Assembly: GCA_041739845.1 (NCBI GenBank)
Contig: JBGSMZ010000139.1
Coordinates: forward strand, 19,559 to 83,558
Direction: 5' to 3'
Length of the DNA: 64,000 nucleotides
Source: Myxococcaceae bacterium
GTDB taxonomy: Bacteria > Myxococcota > Myxococcia > Myxococcales > Myxococcaceae
The translations under genes were made by a program, and so were the position numbers. The notes under the pieces were generated by a model, which saw only the letters and a program-made list of their open reading frames with translations, was not told the DNA's origin and did not search any database. Positions 56,706 to 64,000 of the stretch are shown here, piece after piece (position 1 is the first letter of the stretch; each line of letters begins with the position of its first letter).

Positions 56706-57653
56706 GTGAGCATGATTTCTGTCGAAGGCCTCAGCAAGTACTATGGCGAGCGCGCTGCAATCCGCGAACTAACGTTCCAAATTGCAAGCGGAGAAATCGT
56801 AGGGTTCCTGGGCCTCAATGGCGCAGGCAAATCGACGACGCTTCGCATTTTGAGTTGTGTGCTGATGCCGACGGAGGGCTCGGTCACCATTGACGGCCTC
56901 AATCTCGCCGAGGCGCCCCACGAAATTCGCAAGCGCATCGGGTTCCTGCCGGATGCTCCCCCGCTCTACGACGATATGCGGGTCTGTGATTACCTTCGCT
57001 TTGCTGCTGCGCTTCGAGGCGTCGAGGACGCGCGGATGAGGGCGGCAGTGGACCATGCGGTCTCCCGAACCGGGATTGGGGACTATCGCAATGTACGCAT
57101 TGCCCACCTTTCGCATGGTTTCCGCCAGCGGGTCGGGATTGCGCAAGCCCTGGTGCATCGGCCCAAGCTCGTCATCCTCGATGAGCCGACCGGAGGCTTG
57201 GACCCCGTCCAAATCAAGGAAATGCGGGAATTCATCCGCGGCCTCAAGGGCGAACATACGGTGTTGGTATCGAGCCATATGCTGAGCGAAGTGAGCCAAA
57301 TCTGTGATCGCTGTCTCATCATTCATCAAGGAACCCTCCTCGCCCAGGGAAGCGAGCAGCAATTGGCAGCCGAGCTAGGGGGAGCCACCGCCTTTCAACT
57401 TGAACTGGCAACCAACTCCGACGCCTGGATCGCAGCCATTGCGAGCGTACCGGGTGTGACCGTCACCGAACGCACGCCACTTTCGGATGGGGGCGTCACG
57501 CTGGTTTGCGCATCCGATGGCGATTCACGACCAGCGGTGGTCCGTGCGCTCGTCGCTGCGGGAGCAGACCTGCTTCGCCTCGATCGTTCGGCAGCGCGCC
57601 TGGAAAGCGTTTTCGTGGCGCTGACCACCGGCAAGCGAGAGGAGCGCTCATGA
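56706..57653 (+). CDS. ABC transporter ATP-binding protein (ABC-2/GldA-like)
   Basis: Walker A GLNGAGKST, signature LSHGFRQRVGIAQAL and Walker B LVILDEPTGGLD. The start is GTG 56706 or ATG 56712 (MISVEGLSKYYG). Confidence 0.9.
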   Translation: MSMISVEGLSKYYGERAAIRELTFQIASGEIVGFLGLNGAGKSTTLRILSCVLMPTEGSVTIDGLNLAEAPHEIRKRIGFLPDAPPLYDDMRVCDYLRFAAALRGVEDARMRAAVDHAVSRTGIGDYRNVRIAHLSHGFRQRVGIAQALVHRPKLVILDEPTGGLDPVQIKEMREFIRGLKGEHTVLVSSHMLSEVSQICDRCLIIHQGTLLAQGSEQQLAAELGGATAFQLELATNSDAWIAAIASVPGVTVTERTPLSDGGVTLVCASDGDSRPAVVRALVAAGADLLRLDRSAARLESVFVALTTGKREERS

Positions 57654-58372
57654 AGCGCATCTTCCTTCTCACCCGCCGCGAACTCGCCGCCTCCTTTCGC
57701 ACCTGGAGCGGATACATCATTGTGGCCTTGATGCTCGCCGTCGATGCCTTGCTGTTCAACGCCTATGCCCTCGCTGGCCCTTCCAAGTTGAGCAGCGAAG
57801 TTCTCGCTGACTTCTTTGGCGTGACTTCTGGAATCACGCTCCTTGGGTCGGTCTTCCTTTCCATGCGCGCGATCGCCGAAGAGCGCCAATCTGGTACCTT
57901 GACCCTCCTGCTGAGCTCGCCGATCCGCGATCGCGAAATCATTCTCGGAAAGTTCGCTGCTGGTTGGCTGGTCTTGGGCATCTTCTTGGTGGCAACCCTC
58001 CCGATGACAGCGCTCGTCGCCCTCTACGGAAGGGTGTCGGTTGGACATATTGCTGCTGGTTATTTAGGACTAGCGCTCGTCGCCGCCATGGGCTTCGCAC
58101 TCGGTGTTTTGGGAAGCGCACTGAGCGCGAACCAGGTCGTCGCGGCGGTCGCATCGGGAATGATGGTCTTGGCTCTCACCACCTGTTGGCTCCTCGGCCG
58201 CGTCAGTGCTCCGCCGCTCACGGAACTCACGACGGCGCTCGCTTGGTGGGGGCATTTCGAGCCATTTTGTAGAGGTGTGGTCGGGTTCTCGAATCTCACC
58301 TACTTTGTGTTCGTCGCTGCCGTTGCTTTGTTCGGGGCGACGCGCGTTCTGGAAGCTCGGCGATGGCACTGA
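57650..58372 (+). CDS. ABC-2 type transporter permease (GldF-like)
   Basis: ATG at 57650 overlaps the ATPase TGA (ATGA) and is preceded by GAGAGGAG. About 6 TMs, with a conserved ...AIAEERQSGTLTLLLSSPI... motif typical of ABC-2 permeases. Confidence 0.8.
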   Translation: MKRIFLLTRRELAASFRTWSGYIIVALMLAVDALLFNAYALAGPSKLSSEVLADFFGVTSGITLLGSVFLSMRAIAEERQSGTLTLLLSSPIRDREIILGKFAAGWLVLGIFLVATLPMTALVALYGRVSVGHIAAGYLGLALVAAMGFALGVLGSALSANQVVAAVASGMMVLALTTCWLLGRVSAPPLTELTTALAWWGHFEPFCRGVVGFSNLTYFVFVAAVALFGATRVLEARRWH

Positions 58373-60183
58373 CTTCGCTTCTCACCCCAGTGATGCTTGG
58401 CGGGCTGCTGTTCCTGTGGGGCGGAGAGCGCATCGTCACCGGTGCTTTCTCTCGCGCGCTCCTCGACGCACTGGGACTGGCCTTGGTCCTACTCGCGCTT
58501 GCCTTGCGGGCGTGGCGGGCCAAACGGGCTCACCAGGGAGCGTTCGTCCACCGATGGTTCGCGATTCTCCAAGGAGTCGGGGTCCTCGCGCTCATCGCCT
58601 ATGCTCCCCTCTCGTCAACGGCCACGCCGACGGGAGAGCTTCCGCTCGAGCTACGCGCGCCGGTCGCGGCGGGGATTCTCTCAGCTCTCTGGCCGGCGCT
58701 CTTGCTCTTTTCGCTCGTGACGCAAGCGCTCCTCGCCTTCGCCCTTCGCGGGATGCACCGGGCGGCCGCCCTCGAGCGCGCTCGACTCCGAACCTCGCTC
58801 TGGACTGGCGCTGGAATTGCGCTCGTCCTCATCTGCGCGATTGCACTGCAGTTCGCTGCTTCTCGCCAAGATGTTGCGCTCGACCTCTCTGCGCTTCATG
58901 CCAGCGAACCCAGTGAGGGAACGCGAAAGATCGTCGCTTCCCTGGATGCTCCACTCGAAGTCTTCGCCTTTTTTCCCCCCGCCTCTGACACCGGCGCGAT
59001 GGTCGGGACCTACTTTCGTCGCCTGGCGATTGCATCCCCTCAGCTCCACTTTTCCCAGTTGGATGCGGCACTCGATCTCACGCTCGCCCGTGAACTTCGG
59101 ATCCGCGCGAATGGGATGGTCGCCTTCCGCAAGCGGCAACGCGTAGAAACCCTTTTCCTCGATCCGGATGCGACGTTTGCGCGGAAGCAACTTCGCACCC
59201 TCGACGGCCAAGTGCAGGGAGTCGTCCTTCAGCTCGCGCGCGCGCGTCGCACCATCTACTTCACAGCCGGACATGGCGAGCATCCCGTTCTCACTGGTGG
59301 CCCCCTCGGTGAACGCACGCGGGCTACTGCCCTGGGCCGATTGCTTTCAGACCAAAATTTTGTGGTTCGAAGCCTGTCTTCTGCGGAGGGACTAGGTCAG
59401 GAAGTCCCCTCCGATGCGGCTGCGGTTTTCATCTTGGGTCCAAATCGGAAGTTTGCACCAGAGGAAGCGGCATCTATCGCGGCCTACGGGCGACGCGGGG
59501 GTAGCTTCTTTCTGGCCCTCGACGCGGAACCAAACCTTTCGTTTGGTGAGTTGCTCGGACCTCTGGGTCTGCAAGCGACCCCTGGACCGGTAGTCCAGGA
59601 ACGGGGCATCGCCAACATTCAGCCACCTCCTTCGCTCGCGGACCGAACGAACATCATCACCCGGAACTACCAACGCCATCCGGTCACCACTTCCGTCGAA
59701 GGCGAACAGCTTCCCATGCTCTTCGTCGGAGCTGTCGGGTTGAGCGCGCTGGGCAAGCCTTCGAATGAAACCTTCCTTGCTCCCGTGCTCTCTGACGTCG
59801 CCGCGTGGATCGATCTCGATGCGAACTTCCAATTTGGCAAGGCGGCGCAGGAGGAGCGGAAGGCATGGCCACTCGTGGCCGCGATCCAGCCCGCCGGGAG
59901 CGCCGGCATGCGCGCCTTGGTCATTGGCGATTCGGATGCTTTGACCGACGCGCTCATCCCTTTGCTTCCAGGGAATCAGTTGTTCGTTCTCGATAGCCTT
60001 CGTTGGCTCGTAGGGGACGAAAGCCTCGCCGGTGGCCTCCAAAGCGAACGCGACGCTCCGCTTCTGCGGAGTCGGGAGCAGGACAATGTTTGGTTCTATG
60101 GGACTTCCTTTTTGGCTCCGCTCTTCATCCTCGCAGTGGGCGCGATGGTGCATCGAAGCCGCCAGGCAAGGCGATTGCCGTGA
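58363..60183 (+). CDS. GldG-like ABC-transporter auxiliary protein (ABC_transp_aux) with extra N-terminal TM bundle
   Basis: The ATG overlaps the permease stop. About 5-6 N-terminal TMs, then a GldG-type domain (RTIYFTAGHGEH, AVFILGPNRKF, ALVIGDSDALTDA) and a C-terminal TM. Confidence 0.75.
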   Translation: MALTSLLTPVMLGGLLFLWGGERIVTGAFSRALLDALGLALVLLALALRAWRAKRAHQGAFVHRWFAILQGVGVLALIAYAPLSSTATPTGELPLELRAPVAAGILSALWPALLLFSLVTQALLAFALRGMHRAAALERARLRTSLWTGAGIALVLICAIALQFAASRQDVALDLSALHASEPSEGTRKIVASLDAPLEVFAFFPPASDTGAMVGTYFRRLAIASPQLHFSQLDAALDLTLARELRIRANGMVAFRKRQRVETLFLDPDATFARKQLRTLDGQVQGVVLQLARARRTIYFTAGHGEHPVLTGGPLGERTRATALGRLLSDQNFVVRSLSSAEGLGQEVPSDAAAVFILGPNRKFAPEEAASIAAYGRRGGSFFLALDAEPNLSFGELLGPLGLQATPGPVVQERGIANIQPPPSLADRTNIITRNYQRHPVTTSVEGEQLPMLFVGAVGLSALGKPSNETFLAPVLSDVAAWIDLDANFQFGKAAQEERKAWPLVAAIQPAGSAGMRALVIGDSDALTDALIPLLPGNQLFVLDSLRWLVGDESLAGGLQSERDAPLLRSREQDNVWFYGTSFLAPLFILAVGAMVHRSRQARRLP

Positions 60184-61187
60184 GAGGCCGACACGTCGCA
60201 GGCCTTGCGGCCATCACCGCTGCCGCACTTCTCGCTGCCTTCCTTTCGTGGCGCCATCCACACTTCTCGACTAGCGCAAGTCCTATCTTGCTGGCCGCGA
60301 GCACAGGTTCCCTTCAACGCATTCATTTCGACGACGGGACTCACGCACTCGACCTCGTCAAGGAAGGTGGAGCGCAGTCGCGCTGGTGGCTCACGCTCGC
60401 CCCTCCACCAGGCGCAACGGAGCCCGATGGAGGCCAACGCGTGGCATTCGATGACGACGCTGGCACACCGCGCCCGCTCAACTACCAGGAGACTCCAGCG
60501 GGCACGCGCGCAGAGCAGGTTTTGCAAGCGTTCGCCCCTCTTCGCGCAGTTCGCGATCTCGGGATGCTTTCGAAGGAGCGACTTGGAGAACTTGGACTTT
60601 CCAATCAGAAACGGCGATTGGAGATTGTCACCGGCGGAATACTCACCCGGTTCATTGCCTCGGACCCTCGAGAAGGCATCATCGGCGCCTACTTGATGAA
60701 TGCCGAAGGCCGCGTGTATTTGGTTGATTCTCACTTCCTCACTGCGCTGGACCCGACTTCCAATGCCCTCGTCGATCGCCGACTGCACCCATGGCCAGAA
60801 ACCGACATCAATTTCGTTCTGATGGCGATGGGCGAGAAGAATATGAACTTTGTTCGCATGAATGGACCCGAAAATCTTGGAGTCCGCTTCGCCCGCGTTT
60901 CGAGCCCCACGGAAGTCGACTCCGCATTTACTGCCTGGCACGAAAAAGTATGGAACGACTTGGTCGTAACGCGCGTTCTTGGGCGTGCGGAAATCCCCGC
61001 CGTCGGGGTGCCGCAGCGCATTTTTATCCTCAAATACTCCCGAACCGTGGGGTCTGCCGCATGGCTTGAGTTTGCGGAAGATTCGACCGGCGCCTTTTGG
61101 GCTCGCAGCGAGTCGACGGCAAGTTGGAATGGAATTTCGGCGCAAGCGGCGAGCATTATTCGCGAAGGAAGACGGCTCGCTCCGTAG
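60180..61187 (+). CDS. DUF4340-like membrane-anchored protein (usual partner of GldG-like genes)
   Basis: GTG at 60180 overlaps the upstream TGA (GTGA). It has an N-terminal TM (GLAAITAAALLAAFLSW) and a beta-rich periplasmic body. The assignment rests on position and architecture, not on a search. Confidence 0.6.
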   Translation: MRGRHVAGLAAITAAALLAAFLSWRHPHFSTSASPILLAASTGSLQRIHFDDGTHALDLVKEGGAQSRWWLTLAPPPGATEPDGGQRVAFDDDAGTPRPLNYQETPAGTRAEQVLQAFAPLRAVRDLGMLSKERLGELGLSNQKRRLEIVTGGILTRFIASDPREGIIGAYLMNAEGRVYLVDSHFLTALDPTSNALVDRRLHPWPETDINFVLMAMGEKNMNFVRMNGPENLGVRFARVSSPTEVDSAFTAWHEKVWNDLVVTRVLGRAEIPAVGVPQRIFILKYSRTVGSAAWLEFAEDSTGAFWARSESTASWNGISAQAASIIREGRRLAP

Positions 61188-61917
61188 GTCGCTTCAGCGA
61201 TTGTCCCGACTGGGCCAAGGCGTTGTCTGAACGTGCGCGTGCTTCGCGAGATCGCTGGCGCGCATCATGGCGCAGCGCCTCCGGTAGCCCGAGCGCCAAG
61301 CTCTCGTCGAAGGATGAAGCCGCGGCCAGGAAATCACCTGCCTCAATGCACTTGAGCCCCAAGCTGTAAGCCGCAACCGAGCGTTCGAGTGCGCTCGCAG
61401 CAGGCGATGCAATGACGCCTCGAAGTAAGCGCTTTGCCAGAAGCAAGTCGCCTCCCGCCGATGCGATGTCGGCGAGCAAACCAATCGTGTCCGGCGCCGC
61501 ACCTACCGCAGCACGCGAAACGCCAGTCTCGCCGAGTGCGGACCAGGCCAAAGCAAATTTGCCTTCGCGCGCCAGGGAGCGCCAAGCGCTTTCCCGCGCC
61601 GGAGGTTCCGGGCTGTGCTTTGCGCGCTCGGAGCCTGGGGCGAGCGCTGCGGTAGCACCCTCACTGGCTTCGCCACCTTCGGGACGTCTTTGCAGGAAAT
61701 GCGCCGCCGTAACTGGCGCTGGTGGTCGCTGGGTTATTTCCAAGAATGCAAAGAAGATTGCCGCAGCGGCGACACCGACCAGCGCACCAGAGGAGCCAAG
61801 GATTTGCTTGTGCAAAGGGGCCCGCCCAGCCTGTCTTCGGACGCTCCTCCACAACCTTGCAACCGTATCCGGATCCGCACCAGTCTCTCGAAGTCGGCTC
61901 TTCAAGGGTTCGTTCAT
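61156..61917 (-). CDS. Putative single-pass anti-sigma factor with helical-repeat C-terminal domain
   Basis: The ATG overlaps the stop of the upstream ECF sigma (ATGA). N-terminal ~40 aa cytoplasmic segment, a TM (ALVGVAAAAIFFAFLEI), and an Ala/Leu-rich periplasmic domain. Confidence 0.5.
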   Translation of the reverse strand: MNEPLKSRLRETGADPDTVARLWRSVRRQAGRAPLHKQILGSSGALVGVAAAAIFFAFLEITQRPPAPVTAAHFLQRRPEGGEASEGATAALAPGSERAKHSPEPPARESAWRSLAREGKFALAWSALGETGVSRAAVGAAPDTIGLLADIASAGGDLLLAKRLLRGVIASPAASALERSVAAYSLGLKCIEAGDFLAAASSFDESLALGLPEALRHDARQRSREARARSDNALAQSGQSLKRPTERAVFLRE

Positions 61918-62570
61918 TGCGCCCGGTCCTCCACTTGACCCCTTCCCAGCTCAATTGCTTTGTCGGCGAGCACAAGCTTTCGCTTTACCGTTGCTAAGGA
62001 AATTCCAAGCGCAACTGCAATCTCCGACAAGGCAAAGCCTTCAACTCTCCGAAGCGCCCAGGCGGTTCGGACCGCCGCTGGTAGCCCATCAAGAATCCGT
62101 TGGATGTTTGCAAGCTCTGCGCGTTCTTCTGTGTTTTGGGATTGGTCCGCCAATTGGTCGAGCGTCGCGTCGAGAGACTGGCCTTGAAGACCAAGCAGCG
62201 CAAGCAGCTTGCGCTTGCGAAAGCGTCGATTCGCTTGGCGCACTGCGATTTGCCGAAGCCACGCACCAAAGAGCGAAGGATCCCTGAGCTTCGGCAAACC
62301 TCGAAGCGCCTCCACAAAAGTGTCTTGGGTTGCGTCTTCCGCGTCCACAGTCGAAGCGAGCAAATGAGTCAGCATCGATAGGATCGAGGGAGCGTAGCGC
62401 TTGAAGAGTTCTGAGCGCGCCCAATGCGCACCCTCGCTGCTCCGAACGACGAGTTCCATGTCATCTACGAGCGCCGATTCCGGAGAGCGGAGCGGACGCA
62501 TTGGGATGAGCGTTGCCAGTTTCCGTTCCGCCATGACGATGGTTCCGCCCGTTGGGGCGCTCCTCAGCAA
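61914..62570 (-). CDS. ECF-type RNA polymerase sigma factor
   Basis: Region 2 (AEDATQDTFVEALRGL...FGAWLRQIAVRQANRRFRKR) and region 4 (LPAAVRTAWALRRVEGFALSEIAVALGISLATVKRKL). The start is uncertain; in-frame ATGs lie at 62534 and 62459. Confidence 0.8.
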   Translation of the reverse strand: MLRSAPTGGTIVMAERKLATLIPMRPLRSPESALVDDMELVVRSSEGAHWARSELFKRYAPSILSMLTHLLASTVDAEDATQDTFVEALRGLPKLRDPSLFGAWLRQIAVRQANRRFRKRKLLALLGLQGQSLDATLDQLADQSQNTEERAELANIQRILDGLPAAVRTAWALRRVEGFALSEIAVALGISLATVKRKLVLADKAIELGRGQVEDRAQ

Positions 62571-62646
62571 GACCCTTGTGCCACCACGTGAGCCCTACAG
62601 CTCACAACAGCACGAACATTCCCCTCTGCGCAACGGCGCGCTCGCT

Positions 62647-64000
62647 TCAGCACTCGGGGACGTTGACGGCGAGGCCGCCCCGCGCCGTCTCCTTGTACTT
62701 CGTGGACATGTCGGCTCCGGTTTGCCGCATGGTCTTCATCACTCGGTCCAAAGACACTCTGTGCGTCCCATCGCCCATCAGGGCGAGCCGCGCTGCGTTG
62801 ATTGCCTTGACCGCACCCATCGCGTTGCGCTCGATGCAAGGAACCTGAACGAGGCCGCCAATGGGATCGCAAGTGAGTCCAAGGTTGTGTTCCATTCCAA
62901 TTTCCGCAGCGTTCTCGACCTGCGAGGGCGTTCCTCCGAGAACTTCTGCAAGCCCAGCAGCTGCCATCGAACAAGCAACGCCAACCTCCCCCTGGCATCC
63001 CACTTCCGCTCCGGAAATCGATGCGTTTTGCTTGTAGAGGGAGCCAACCGCAGCAGCGGCGAGGAGAAAACGCACCACGCCGTCGTCGTTGGATTGGGCG
63101 GTGAACGTCCGATAGTACTGCAAGACGGCGGGGATGATTCCCGCCGCTCCATTGGTCGGGGCGGTGACCACTCTACCGCCAGCAGCATTCTCTTCATTCA
63201 CGGCGATGGCCCAAAGGTTGACCCAATCCATCGCGCGCACGACATCGCCGTCGGCGCGCTCGTTGCGCAAACGCTTCCACAGAGCCGCAGCCCGTCGTTG
63301 CACTTTGAGAGCACCAGGCAAAATTCCGTCGCGCGCGCAGCCTCTGGCGATGCATTGCTCCATCACTTGCCAAAGACCCAACAAGCCACTGCGGAGGTCG
63401 CGTTCCGGCGCGAGCGCCCGCTCGTTTTCCATAGCCAGAGCGCTGATGGAAATCCCGGCGGCGGCGCAGCGAGAGAGCAATTCGTCGCCGGAGGCGAAGG
63501 GGTGAGGAACATTCTCCTCGCCTGAATCGGGCTCGCCGGTTTCAGGGATTCCATGCGCATCGACGATGAACCCACCTCCCACCGAGTAGAAGATGCGCTC
63601 GGACAGCAAAGCGCCATTGGCGTCGAAGGCGCGAAACCGCATCCCATTGCTGTGCAGGGGCAACCGCTCGCGACGGTGGAAAGTGATGTCCGTGCGGGGA
63701 TCGAATGCAACCAGTCCTACTCCCTCCACATGCAATTGCTTGCGCTCCAAAATTGCTTTCACGCGCTCTTCGACGGTGTCGACGTCGAGCGTTGCGGGCA
63801 AGTCCCCTTCCAGCCCGACCATCAGGGCGACGTCGCTGCGGTGCCCTTTGCCCGTAAACGCAAGCGACCCAAACAGTTCCGCGGTGATGCGCGCGATGGG
63901 CGCCCCAGCCTGATCCTTGAGCGCACGCGCATAGCGCGCGGCCGCGACCATAGGACCCACGGTGTGCGAACTCGAAGGTCCGATACCAACTTTGAACAGG
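62647..64000 (-). CDS. sdaA: L-serine ammonia-lyase (iron-sulfur, single-chain), 5'-truncated by the window end
   Basis: The reverse complement of the last 40 nt reads ...[17 protein letters not shown], the conserved SdaA N-terminus, so the gene starts beyond nt 64000. Also [15 protein letters not shown] (cluster Cys region) and a ...[11 protein letters not shown]-terminus. Confidence 0.9.
   Translation of the reverse strand, partial: LFKVGIGPSSSHTVGPMVAAARYARALKDQAGAPIARITAELFGSLAFTGKGHRSDVALMVGLEGDLPATLDVDTVEERVKAILERKQLHVEGVGLVAFDPRTDITFHRRERLPLHSNGMRFRAFDANGALLSERIFYSVGGGFIVDAHGIPETGEPDSGEENVPHPFASGDELLSRCAAAGISISALAMENERALAPERDLRSGLLGLWQVMEQCIARGCARDGILPGALKVQRRAAALWKRLRNERADGDVVRAMDWVNLWAIAVNEENAAGGRVVTAPTNGAAGIIPAVLQYYRTFTAQSNDDGVVRFLLAAAAVGSLYKQNASISGAEVGCQGEVGVACSMAAAGLAEVLGGTPSQVENAAEIGMEHNLGLTCDPIGGLVQVPCIERNAMGAVKAINAARLALMGDGTHRVSLDRVMKTMRQTGADMSTKYKETARGGLAVNVPEC

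Noticed and set aside
1-64000. Search for CRISPR arrays, tRNA/rRNA genes, transposases, integrases, toxin-antitoxin or known defence-system genes, and canonical parS sites.
   Set aside because: None recognised. No regularly spaced direct repeats, no cloverleaf-like sequences in intergenic gaps, and no DDE, tyrosine-recombinase or nuclease-helicase signatures in the ORF translations. The window looks like core chromosome rather than an accessory island.

Overview
GC-rich, densely coding bacterial chromosome, about 55 genes, with no rRNA, tRNA, CRISPR, transposase, integrase or phage genes seen. The content is core housekeeping and cell-envelope functions of a Gram-negative organism. By inference it is most consistent with Myxococcota, based on a BamA-like Omp85 with about 7 POTRA repeats, parAB followed by a bactofilin, many TPR and ECF-sigma genes, and a double zinc-ribbon membrane protein. 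Gene order: accB-accC, TPR protein, tamB-bamA, convergent tolQ-tolR-tolA-tolB, radC, msbA-cls-thiL, dnaJ, tkt, TPR-MoxR-DUF58, a lone FlhA/SctV-family gene, nuoC-D-G-H-I plus ampG-like MFS, mntH, metallophosphoesterase, GNAT, tsaC, rsmG-parA-parB-bactofilin-lipoprotein, desaturase-ECF sigma-NrsF-like anti-sigma, dus, GT2 glycosyltransferase plus zinc-ribbon protein, aceK, RNase P RNA (minus strand, missed by the ORF track), repeat-containing putative OM protein, UDPGP-type nucleotidyltransferase, ilvE, a GILT-like tandem-domain lipoprotein, a GldA/F/G-like ABC module plus DUF4340-like gene, a second ECF sigma/anti-sigma pair, and a 5'-truncated sdaA. I did not find a clear-cut new system such as a defence island, mobile element or unusual repeat array. 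The candidates most worth a second look are: the isolated but intact SctV/FlhA export-gate gene; the nuo fragment lacking A/B/E/F/J-N; the lipid/envelope supercluster with translationally coupled tamB-bamA; the GILT-like lipoprotein; the GldAFG-like/DUF4340 module; and two adjacent perfect inverted repeats plus DnaA-box-like sites upstream of rsmG-parAB. Many long ORFs in the track are antisense or out-of-frame artefacts of the high GC content, and several listed ORF starts are upstream over-extensions. Corrected starts are given where an overlap or Shine-Dalgarno pattern supports them.
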